Shown here in pieces: positions 39,336 to 51,545 of a stretch of 64,000 nt of DNA. The translations under genes were made by a program, and so were the position numbers. The notes beneath the pieces were generated by a model. That model saw only the letters and a program-made list of their open reading frames with translations. It was not told the DNA's origin and made no database searches. Source of the DNA: Gnetum montanum (Eukaryota; Plantae; Gnetophyta); assembly GCA_015680685.1 (NCBI GenBank), contig MNCI01001065.1:567321-631320 (forward strand). Reading direction: 5' to 3'. Position 1 is the stretch's first letter. Each line of letters opens with the position of its first letter.

Positions 39336-39689
39336 AGGGCCCGACGTGGGTAATAATGAATATTTATTATTATAAATGGTGGGTAATATTGAATATTTAT
39401 TATTATTATAAATGATGACGATTATGGTTACAGTGACGGTTACAATCATGGCAATGGTTAAGGTGATGACGGTTACGGTGTGATGCAGTATTTAAATATA
39501 TTGAACTTAGGCATTGTGTTACAAGATTAAGAGATGCAATATTAGAATTCATGCATTTTCAGAAACATGGATTCTGCTGCTATTAGTCCCAATAGAGAAG
39601 GTGAAGAACATTCTCTTCAAGATCAGCAACAACAACCATCTACTACAACAAGTAGTGCAACAACTATCTACTGCAACAAGTAATGCAAT

Positions 39690-40180
39690 CTCTGCTTATA
39701 TGTGAAGGTGCAAGGGTAATGCTTACAGTTAACCTTTGATCTAAAGTAGAATTGGTGAATGGTGCACTTGGCATGATTCACAATATTATGTATCCTTAAG
39801 GTAAATAACCGCCTGCATTACCATTATATGTTATTGTTGATTTTGACTCCTACATCGGATGTGCCTTTGATAATGGTAATCTTCATCATGTGCCAATTGT
39901 ACTTGTGGTCCAAGAAGCATCTCGTCAGTCACCATTATGGTTGGCATGGGCCATGACTATTCATAAATCTTAAGGAATGACACTAGATAAGGCTACTATT
40001 CACATTGGTTTAAGAGAAGTTATGGGTCAAACGTTTGTTGCATTATCTAGAGTCAAGACTATTGATTCTTTAAAGATTCATCCTCCTTTTCATGTGCAAA
40101 GATACAGAAAGATTTTAGATGCTAAACATCTCCAAAGTAGAATTGCACAAGAAGTTCGTTTTGCTCAATTGGAGAATTAG
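39690..40180 (+). pseudogene. Pif1-family SF1B helicase C-terminus, probably from a Helitron-like element
   Basis: EGARVMLTVNL*SKVELVNGALG...PPALP...RQSPLWLAWAMTIHKS*GMTLDKATI...GQTFVALSRVKT (helicase motifs V and VI). Confidence 0.85.
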
Positions 40181-40815
40181 GCATATTGAGTTCACACTTA
40201 TCATTGTATTTTGCCTTTTGCTCAATCCTATTATATAGCTCTGTAATGTTTGTTACAATAATTGTGCAATGTATTCCTTCATCAACATATATGAAATATA
40301 TAACTTTTATTTTAACCAATTTATGTTTACCAATGTATATTATTTGGAATGCAAATAGTGATGATAACTTAAAAAATAAAAAAATAAAAATTCTAGTCAT
40401 AGCCCGCGAAATTGCTACACAAGAGAACTTACGAATCTAAGATTTAGAGCCAAGACCATTGATTCTTTAAAGATTCATCCTCCTTTCTATGTGCAAAGAT
40501 ACAGAAAGATTTCAAATGCTAAACATCTTCAAAGTAGAATTGGACAAGAAGTTCATTTTGCTCAATTGGAGGATTAGGCATATTAAGTTCACACTTATCG
40601 TTGTATTTTGCCTTTTGCTCAATCCTATTATACAGCTCTGTAAATTTTGTTGCAATAATTGTGCAATGTATTCTTTCATCAACATATACAAAATATATAA
40701 ACTTTTATTTTAACTAATTTATGTTTACCAGTATATTTTATTTGGAATGCAAATAGTGATGATAACTTAAAAAAATAAAAAAATAATTAAATTCTACTCA
40801 TAGCCCACGAAACCA
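40048..40815 (+). repeat. Tandem duplication (about 397 bp) of the helicase 3' end and downstream sequence
   Basis: TAGAG(T/C)CAAGAC...CATAGCCC(G/A)CGAAA starts at 40048 and at 40445; followed by (TA)n at about 40828-40851. Confidence 0.9.
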
Positions 40816-41129
40816 CTCCACTTGCTTATATATATATATATATATATATATTAGCCAAGATGATTTTAAAAAAAATGATGTTAACCAAGCCCGACTATTG
40901 GACAAGGTAACAAGATAACTAAAAATGGAATCACTCATCCCTCCTTTGTTTCTCTACCACTCAACCAATTTAGTTTTACCTTCTTAGTCAAGTTTGCTCT
41001 TTCTTTGTTTGTTCATGGTGTTTTTGAGCATTATTTATGCAAGAGATTTATTTCTCAAATTGGGTAAGTGGTAGAGAAAACAACTACAAATGGAATAATT
41101 GTGTTAACAAAAGAATAGTAGAATGAATT

Positions 41130-43720
41130 AAAGCTCTATATGTAATTAAAAACAAGTTCAAGGTGTTAGGAATATTGACTTGGAAAGTCAAGAAACAAAT
41201 CTTTCAGTTTGTCATTTATCCTACTATGTTGTATAGGTGTAATGTGGGGGCCAAGTCTTAGTGCAAAAAACTGGTAGGCTATTAAAAGGATGAAAAAGAC
41301 ATTTTTATTGGAGGAATTGCAAGTAAAATCTCACACATCATATTCCATGTTGCTTTTGGAATGTGAGTTACTTCCCCTAGAAGCCAAAGCTTTCTATCAA
41401 TTTATTTGTTATACTCAAAATCTCTCAAACTCAAAGCAACCCAAGTTCTCTAAAGTAATTCTTGAAAGTACGAAAAATTAATGTTGGTACTTTGAGGGTA
41501 CACATTAGCTCACAACTTGAAATTTATCAATGGAAGGGACACAAAGAAATCTTAAGCACATTCGAAAGTTAATTAAATAGTAGGTATTGATAAGGCATTA
41601 TTCAAATCTAGAGGGAAAGAAAAAGTTCTACTTGAAGTACATTAAAGATAATTTGTTAGATTCTTTGGTCTAATATCTTACAATTAATATCGCAATTAGA
41701 GCTCATAGTTTTTTTTTTTTTTTTGAAAAACTTTTGGGTGTAAATTAAAAGTAACAAAATATGTACAATTGGATCAAAAAAGACAAAAAGAAGGGGAGAC
41801 ATCCCCTCCCATCACCCCACAAAACTGGGGAGGACATTAACCCCTACCCTAATCCATCAGATTCCCCATTGAAGGGTCAAGAGCACAACAAAAGAACAAA
41901 GACAAGAAACAAGAAATCAAAATCCAAGCCCTAACCAGCACCAACTTGCACCATTGGAACAACAAATCCACCCCCACAAACCCGCTTAAAGACATAAGGG
42001 AAGGATTGAGCACTAGTAGTAGGGCCTCATCTAACTATGGAGGTCATCCAACACCTTCTAGTATCTCTCTATTGCGAAAAAAGCTGTAGGTTCCTGTAAT
42101 TCTTTTAGGTGCTCCTACCTGCGTGCACGCTCCTCCATTGATCCTCTTCTATTAGAGTGCAACGTCTGACTCTCCTAGTGAATATGGTGTCAAAGGAACC
42201 CCCCATAGCATCATACGTCTAGTGCTCATGATTATGTAAGGGCATTTTCCCTTCCCTAGCCACCTCTACATCCTTTGCTCATGTGTGTGCTCTAGCCTCT
42301 CTTGCATTTGTGTCTCTTCCCTTTCCTCCTCCGCACAACACCATTGCTCTTCCTACACCCTCTCCTCCAGGAGCCTAGCCTTCACCTGAAGCTTCTTCCA
42401 AATTTGTTGCCAAAGCTCCTCCTCTAGTTGCATTTTGATCATTGCATCCACTAGCTCCTACCCCATGCGCTCCTCCTTGACCTCTTCCCTCAGCTACTAA
42501 AGTTTATGTTGGGACTCTTCTTCCCTGCATTGTCGATTTTCTTGCTCCTGTAGGAGTTCCTCTTCTTGTTGCCTTAGTCTCTTTGTTCATATGACCTGCT
42601 CCTCCTCCCTGGCTCGATCCACTTCGCCTACCTTCGGCCATAGGCCTGACATTCCCATGTGTCCTCCCCATTCCTCCAACCTCCTCTAGAATGTGAGGGC
42701 TCCACCCCTCCTGTGCAGTGTGTCCATCCTCCCCTGCAGTCATGATGACTCCCTCGTCATCCCCTAATCCTTGCTCCCTCCAGGAGCCTCCTCTTTAGAC
42801 TCACTTTTTCTAGAAGAAGAGGTGGTGGGACGCACCACCTCTGTTTGTAGTCGTAGACAGCTTGCATCTTTGATAGCCTGGGTTGTCTCAGAATCTCCCT
42901 CATAGCTCCCTATCCCCACGCCACCCACTAGAGCACAAGAGTCAACCTCAAGTGTGTTCCTTGCCTCCTTCGGCGTAGCGTCCTTAAGAAAAAGTGAGGT
43001 AGGTTAACCCCAATTCCCCTCCAAAGGCACTGTAAGAACTCAAAATGATTCCCAATAGCTTCTAGGCATTGCCGAAATGGACAAAAAACCTATCCATCGG
43101 CATCGTCACATCCTACAATAAGAGCTCCAGCCGTAACTCAGGGACCTATCCACTCACTATCTTAGGCACCCTCCCTGGGAAGAATTCATAGGCATCTTGC
43201 AGCCCTCTCCCCCCAACCCCCACCTCATTCCCTTTTGCCAGAGTATGTAGATACCTGATGATGGATGCCCTGGTGATCATAATATTCAGCCCCCATAAAT
43301 GAGTAATGTCACCCAGCCAATTAGAATAGAACGAATTGTCCTCAAGATCTGGGTCCCCCTTGAGTTGCATCAACATTGAAGTCCAATCAATATGATCCAC
43401 CAAGTCGGTAAGAATCAAATTGGACCCATATTCCTCCCACTACAGCTCAAAAATCAGGGTCACCCCCATAGTTTTAGTAGCAAACTTTGTTCAAGTTTGC
43501 ATCATTTAAGCCTAGAAATTGAAGATGGACTCACTTATCTAGGGAGGAGTGCACTTGTAGGTTATGTTGGGCTAAAGTACTCAAAGATGAGTAGCATGTT
43601 TTTCCTAAACATTTGAGGCAAACATACGATATTGTTGCCAATAATTTGTTGGATTTGTTTTTAGTACATGTGGTGGTTAGCCGCTTTGTTAAGTCAATTT
43701 TTGATTTCTATAATATAAAT
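41130..43720 (+). mobile_element. 5'-truncated non-LTR retrotransposon 3' end (RTE/RTEX-like), interrupted at 41713-43466
   Basis: IYPTMLY...KKTFLLEELQVKSHTSYSMLLLECELLPL, then after the insert SSLHHLSLEI and a degenerate C-terminal Cys region. Confidence 0.6.
41713..43466 (-). mobile_element. Polyadenylated retroposed insertion carrying a decayed non-RT ORF
   Basis: T16 at 41709-41724; TSD CATAGTTTT (41704-41712, 43467-43475); the empty site reads TTTT/A, the L1 endonuclease consensus. Confidence 0.85.
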
Positions 43721-44869
43721 GTAGTGGTTGTCCAATAGATCCTATGGATATAATAAAATCTTAGTTTTAGTTTCACAATTACTTTCTCTCTTTTAAATTT
43801 TTAAAGAATTTATCGTAAGGATGTACACTTGAGTAGATATCCCTAAAATTGGAAAGTTATTCCTTGTTGTTTTTTGATACTTTCTACTTAGTGATTAGTA
43901 CGTCATGTATTATGAATTTATTTTGCTTATTAATAATTTTTTTGGGGTCCAACACTACCCCCACCCACTGCAAAATCTATCTTTGATGCCATGAGAACTG
44001 TGTCAAAAATAAATTCCTGTACACTCACCATTGTTGATGTTCTTTCAAATTCTTACCAATGTGATTGTACCCTAAAAGATCATAGCTTCATGTCCAAAAT
44101 GTATAGGTACACATGGCCACTCTAAAATTTAAGCTCAATCATGACAATGAAAATCTAGAGATAAAGAAAAGAACATGATAATGGTGAAGAAAGAACACAA
44201 CAATGTATTAAAGCGAAAGATTTGTATTAGGAAAATCCCACTATAGCTTATTTATTTAACTTATGAATTTAAAAGTTAAAGATTATGAATTCTTTCTTAG
44301 GAATCTATTATTAAAGTTGAAATTGTGATTATTCAAGAAAATTAGAAAAAGAATTATCATAATTTGCCAGTAGATCTAGTTAGTAGACTAGAATTACCAT
44401 ATCTTTCATTACATATTTGTATATGGTTTTTTAAGTATGGCATTGCAATTCTTCTTAAAGATACATCAAGTTATAATAAAATATAAGAAATTTCCATCTT
44501 TATAGAACTTTTTAAAATTTTTATTATTTTTATATTACATCTTAGATCCTAGACCCTACATCTCAAATAACTCATGTCTCTACATAACTCACTAGGATAG
44601 AACAAGTGACTTGTAAGATGAAAGCCACATATTGATTAACAATTCATAGTTAGCAAGTGATAGATGGCTCAAGTGGTTAGCTCATTGTCCTATTAGATAA
44701 GAGGTTACCAATTTGAGTCATATTTGAGACATCTTTATATTCATCTATAACTCTTCTAAAGTATCATATGGTTAGATAACCCAAATTATGGTCAAATTAA
44801 AAAATTAAATTTTTTCTTGTTAATTTTCTTTAGAATTATTATATGAGGAATTCTATATTACTCCCAACT

Positions 44870-45620
44870 TCTTCAACTAATATTGAAATTTTTTCTTCTT
44901 CTATTAATGCAGAATTTTCTATTAATTCTCAAAATTAAGATTTGGAAGCTAAAAAGAAAAAAATTGTGTCGCCTTCTTTTAGTGATGTTAATATAACTAA
45001 GATACTTGATTTTGTTTTCTCTGATGATGTATATGAGTCATTGGTTTGTTGATCTTTCATCACAATATGTGTTCATTCAAATAATGAGTTACATGTCTCG
45101 TAATTGAAGTTGCATTTCATAATTATATGATGTGACGAAAAAACATGACATCCAAGTCCTTTATGCCAGTATTATTCTAATTTCTTTGTACTTATTGAGT
45201 TAGGCAATGCTTTGATGGTGCAACGTGCCTTGGATACAGGGTCTTTTATACATAAGCATATAATGTTAATCATTCATAAGTGGGCTCCAAATTTTGATGT
45301 TCAATCTCAAAAATATGCTAAAGTTTCATTTTTTGTCAAGTTATGTAATTTTTTATTGATTTTTCAAAAAGCCAATAAGGAAATTGTTGGTCTTCTCAAT
45401 TCCATTAAGCATATGAAATCTATTTCTATAGTGTTTGATTTTCATAGATGTTTTAATGTTGAAATTAATCCTCTTAATTGAAAAAAAAAATGGTGATACA
45501 AGCAAGCAAAAAAACTTATATTAGCCACTTACATATCATAATCTTCTTAATTCTTGTAACTTTTACCATCGTGAAAGAAATTTGTTTAATGCTTGTCCTT
45601 TTGTGCTTAAATAAAAGGTT
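44870..45620 (+). pseudogene. Degenerate plant L1 ORF1 (DUF4283-like plus zinc knuckle)
   Basis: RALDTGSFIHKHIMLIIHKWAPNFD...FFVKLCNF..IF...EIVGLL, and a remnant C..Y H....ACP knuckle near 45555-45600. Confidence 0.6.
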
Positions 45621-46299
45621 TTAAAGAAAAAAATTTATATTGATATTGAAGATAGAAAAAAATAATTTGAAGTTGAAGATATGAAAAATCAAGTTAATGT
45701 CAACAATAAGAATGATCACATGGTGATAAAGAATCCAAAGCATATGAAAACACCTATGTATATTTTTCTTGGTACTAGAGGAAGTATTGAACCTGGACAA
45801 ATAGCTAGTAAGGCAAATTTTTTGTCTAACACTCAAAGATTAAAACTAGGATCAAGAAGAAGATTATAACTAATGGTAAAGTTTCTTGACATAATATTAG
45901 CAACAAACAACAAGGTGAAGATCTTTTAAAAGATGTGCCATCATTTCCTAGTAAATGTTGCTTTGATACAAATATTTGCATTAAGCCATAGCTCTCTATT
46001 TTGAATATTGAAAAGTGATGTAAATGTTGTTAGGATTGAGACCTTCCTCATTACTAACAATTAATTTTCTTCACTTGTTTTTTAAAATATTAATCACAAA
46101 TTATATACTTATAATATATATCTATATTACTACAAATAGGATTTTTCCCTTTTATGAAAAACCAAATTTTATGTATCATGCTAGATTTTTCTTTTTAAAT
46201 GGAAAACCTACCAAAAGAAATGTATGACTAGTATATATCAATTTTTTCAAACTAGACAACTCCCCCTCACCTCCTCTTTCATATCATTATATTTCATTT

Positions 46300-46720
46300 G
46301 TTTTATTCACCATTTATTTACCATGTTCAATAAATGCCTCTTTGGTCAACTAGTGGTTGTCCTCTCAACCAAAATATGAAATATCACTATAAACCTCATA
46401 TTTATAGATGCAATGGGAGTTTTTTTTTTCTTTAAATAATGAATCTACACATGGTAACTTTAAATATGAACTAATCCATAAATTTGCTTATGCAAAATAG
46501 TGGAAAGAATAATTTTGTTGGATTGCTTGTAACCTCACCATATACTCCAATACAAGTGATGGTTTTATATTGGACTTTCATGTACTAGCACTCAATTAAA
46601 ACATGAATAATACAAAATCATTTAGTCATTATCTTCACCATTTTAGCCTTGTTTCAACAAAATTGGGGCTGCTACCTTTGACTCAAATGCTCAATATGAA
46701 CCTCTACCCACACATAAACC
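46300..46720 (-). mobile_element. Possible L1 ORF2 3' remnant
   Basis: Minus-strand IIHVLIEC and a LW...RC.F-like segment resemble the zf-RVT region; very decayed. Confidence 0.3.
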
Positions 46721-49700
46721 TTGAAGTTAAAACCTTAAGAATAAGCACCTTATTATAATTCTAAATGATAGCCCATTACAAAAACATCTAATATTATGCA
46801 AATTTTAAGAAATAAAAAATAAGGCAATATTTACAATGTATTGCTTTTTTTGATAAAATTCGAGAGATATTACAAATTATAAAAAGAATAAAATTGATTT
46901 CATCATTTCTATCTATTTCACAAATTCATTGACAGGGATGTAGAATCAAAATGCTTGATGATTTCAAAATTTTAGATAATTTAGACTTAAGATTTTGCCA
47001 AATAAGAAAAAACCAATATTGTAGAGGAAAACACTATTGATGGCAAGTTAGGTGATTCGTTCCCTTGAAAAAATTGAGAGTTGCATGTAAGTTCATTGAA
47101 TACTCTTGAGGATAATACATAACATAATTGGATACTCTTGAGTATAATACATTACATAACATGTATTCAATAAGGGTTGACTATATTCAAACAAACTCAA
47201 TGTATTTTTATAAGGATACTCCTTGTTTTTGGTAATAGTGCTTTTTCTCAATTGCATTGAAAAGACTTCCACCCTACACGATGGAACAATTGTTTAAGTC
47301 TCTTTTCAACTTGTTTGCATATAGTATTGTAATAGTTATAATGATGCTTACTTAATGGTTAGTAAATATAAATAGGATAAAGGTGCCATGATGATGATAA
47401 TGGTGCCAGGCTAATCATTGAAGTAAAAGATTTAAAGATGATTTTTTTTAATCTTTGTGCCTTTATCCCATCAATATGGGCTTTATTAAGGATTTTATCT
47501 ACTATGGCTCATTGTCAACCTAATGCAATAATCATGAATATATATTATTACCATGCTCTTAGGCCGTATATGGGATTGAACATGCAACTTGTAAACAACA
47601 ATTCATATATTTTGACCGGCTACTTATGATATAATAATAAATAGCCAACAAAAAGAAATTTTAAAAAAATTATCATAGTATTAACAATGTTTGGGTTTCT
47701 GCTACAGTTCCAGAAATAACTTTGTAGTCAGCCATTCACCTGTTGATCATCACATGAAAAGAGGAAACAGACTGAACCTCCAACCAACCTAAATACACAT
47801 ATTGACATTGTCCTTAAATGGTTTTGGTGAAATTCGAATCCATATGCTCCTAGAAAGAAGCATCTATTTGATGATAACAGCAGGATGAAGGCTTATTATT
47901 TGCTTTATGCATCAAATCTATCCAATCATATAAACTGTCACAAATTTGTTAGTTCAGTTTTGCACGTCTGCACTTTGTGATCCTGCTTAATAAGTAATTT
48001 TGAGATGCAAAACATTGAGAACCTCTTGGCTATTTTGACAAAGACATATATTGGCAAATGACATCAAATGTCATAGAAAAATAGCTTCCCAGCCATAAAT
48101 TCAGTCATAATTCAAAACTTGGGCTAATAATGGTTAGGCTTTAAACAAAGAGCCAAATGATTATTATTTTGGCTATGATTTTGACATGATTTTGCAGTTT
48201 GGTTGCTCCATTTGAAACCAAAATATTGTTATGGTGCCCAAACTCTTACTCAAAATTGTAGGCTGCAAAATCACTTTGAAGTTTTGCTCTGTGAAAGGTC
48301 CACCACAGCAGCTTTATCCTCTGTCACGAATACAAATTTGCAAAAAATAATATGAGAAAGGGAAGTAAATTGCATATACGTAAATTTTCTTTTCTTTTAA
48401 TTTTATTTTAACCATAATCTATAGGGATTAAAAGGTTACAAAATTCTGCCCATTGATCTTGTTTTTAAGGAAATAATAAAGAAACAAATGTTTATGCGTT
48501 TGACTCCACAAAATATACCATTGACTTAGCAGAGCAAAAAGTATTGTTTACATTCAAAAATCAAATTCGTAGTCGCTAAGTTTAGGTTGAAAGTAGCACA
48601 AGTATTAGCACAGATTGAAGCATGTCTGTATTAGCAAATAAACACAAATACGTTATTCAAGTCCTCTGTACGTAACATGGAAGATGAGTTAAGCTTAACT
48701 GTGTAACTTCTTATTCAATCTACAAATACCTCATAATGTCATGAAAGAAGGCCATTCATAACTGCACTCATCCGATTTTGACTACAAAATCAACATCTTA
48801 ATTATGAGGGTACTAAGACAAATTCTCAATTATAGGGGTACTACCATTTCAGAAACTTCTGTCTGGACATACGCCAGTTAATTGAACGAGCCAATGCATG
48901 TCATGACACATTAGCACATCACAAATAATAATTCAAAAGACATTTCCCATGGAATCTACTGATATATTTACAACTAGTTTTGCGTGTGTTTATTCTTTAT
49001 AATAGATCTATAAAACGGAAAACCAGCAACAAAAAGCCATCCATACAGTTCCCAAAACATGGTAAAACCTGTACTATTTACGGCAGCACAAACAGTATAC
49101 TAAAAATTGAAGAAAAATATCCCCTAAAATAGAACTAACGTGTACACAAATCAATATTCCATTCTTCTGTTTGTTCTTTATTTGTTAAAAATATTTACAG
49201 ACCTTTTGGGATTAAACAAACACGAAAGCATGGCAAAACCTCTTTAAAACTACAATCAAAACATGTCAACGGGAAACGAAGAAATAAATTGAATGAATGT
49301 ACCTGCAATCTTCTTCTTGATCTGCTGCTGCTGGTGATGCTGCATTTGAAATTTTAGCGACATTTGCTGCGCTTGAGATTTTTCTGCTGCTATTCTCCTC
49401 CCTGCAGGTGCTGCTGCCATGGCGAACTCTGAAAATGATCAGCGTCTTGTTCCCAGAAGAAGAAAATATGTCTCTAAATGTGTTCGACGAAACGAATAAG
49501 CTGCAGTTTTTCCGGAGGAGGCGCAATGTTTGCGAAATTGAACTGCTCCACCTGCAATGGTCAGCAAGCAGTTCTTGACCACATATGCACGACACGCCTG
49601 AATTGATTATGCAAAGCTAATGAAGAATCTCAAATATGGAACTCAAACAATTTATAATAATACCCAGAGGAGTTTTCATGTCCGCTGCTTACCAGCTGTT

Positions 49701-50556
49701 TGTTATTAATAACAGTAAATATTTTTAAATTCACGTAACCATGGAAAAAAGCGAGTAATAACCAAGTAAGGAATAGTCCATGATAGTTGGTTCAAGTAGT
49801 TATTTCATTGTTTCACCCTATTTGCAAGTAATAGGTTGTTAGCTTGAGTCACACATCAAGCATTAGGCACCATTATATATTATGCCACCTCATTGCACCC
49901 GTCTTCCTACCTATTTGGAAACTAGCTTAGTTATACATTTATCATATATATATATATATCTATAATTTGGCTTGAGTGAAAGGGTTTATTGAAAATAAAA
50001 TAAGAAAACTCTTCCTAGAGATAAAAGAAAGCATCAATCAAAAATAATGAATAGCAACAAAAGCTAAAAGCTTCCCATCACTAAGCCTCCAAAATAAAAA
50101 GAAATTACAACTACAAGAAACAAAGTAATTGTTCAGCTTTTCCAAAAGCTTTTTTGTTTGAAGTTATAATTGAAAAATAATATTTTTGAGAATCTAAGAT
50201 TTAACTCCTAAAGAAAGGCCATAGTTATACTCTTGGTACTAGAAAATAACTACAGAGAATAAGCAATGGAATATACTTCTAAATGCAAAGAAGGTAGATA
50301 ATTGCATTGTCATAACCTAAAAATTTACATAGGTTTAATTATTAAATTTAATGCATGTGTTTAATTCTTTAATGTTTGCAGATACATTTCAACAAGTTAG
50401 TTTCAATTTAATAACAAAATAATAGGATTGTATTCGTAGAGTCACTACTATTGTTGCTGTCTTACATAAGTCAATATAATCTACTTACCAAAGTATTTTG
50501 TGAAAGTTTGTATGCTTTTCTTTTACTACTAGTGGTGCTCAATCACAAATCATTTG

Positions 50557-51407
50557 TGATGAACCACAATATTGGGGCCACGATATCGCATTCGCGATAT
50601 TGGGTCCACGATATAGGAGCCTGCCAAGCGATATTGGACATCTGATGTCAGAACCTGTCTCATTACCTATAAATAAGAGGCAGGTGTACTTGGTTTGGAA
50701 ATAGGGTTAATTGAGTCTCTTAGTCCCTTACCCAAACTCTTGCACTTTTCCCTTCTCAAAGTTAGAATTATTTCTAAGTGCCCGTAGTAGGAGTCATAAA
50801 GCGAACAGATCTTTATTTGAGCATTGTGTACCTGAGCACACCTTGTGGTTGGAAATAAAAATGAACTTTGTGATAAACCTTGCAGCATTCAGAATAGATT
50901 ATCTCTTACCCTTAATGTTATTTACAGTTATTTAATGCTTTCTGTAGTTAATTAATGTTTTCTCTCTCACCCTGTTAATTCTCCCAAGAACACTTAGTAC
51001 GACCACTTTGAGCATGCGTGGGACACTTGGTAACCCAGTAACGATTAGCATTTGGTAATCCCAATAGTGCTACACTGGTTCAGGATGTGTACGGCAAGTG
51101 GGAACAGATGCTGGTGTTAGGACTAGTTAAAACCTAGTTGGTTAATTAAATTAAATTAGTTACTTAATTACTTCACTTCTGCCTTTGTAGCGCCAGGACA
51201 TAAAACATAAAAACCATAAAAATCATATGCCTTAAGTTTACTTAACCATACAACTGTGCCATACAAGTAAGCTTGGGAAGACAATGATTGACTAACTCAT
51301 TCTTGTTTTGTAAAGACGCATAAGCACCTAGTCCTTGGAATTCTACCAGATCGTGCGTGGACGCTCGTATTCGTATGGTTGAGCATAGGATACCTTGCTG
51401 CTCATCA
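50557..51407 (+). repeat. 5' LTR of element C
   Basis: TGATG...TCATCA; CGATAT boxes at 50581-50635; TATAAATA at 50668. Similar to the element B LTRs and to 54510-55310. Confidence 0.9.
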
Positions 51408-51545
51408 TTGGTGTCATTGTCGGGAACTTTGTTGTTTGTGCGCTAAATAGAACTTAGGAAATCTTCCCAGCGTTGGAACGAACCCTTTGGGTTGGTTATT
51501 TTACAATTATTAAAAAGAGGAATATTGCACACTGAATAGACAATC

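Noticed and set aside
47032-47240. CACTATT...AATAGTG, possible CACTA-type miniature element
   Set aside because: Only a 7-bp inverted match, and the 3-bp flanks (AAA/CTT) do not form a TSD.
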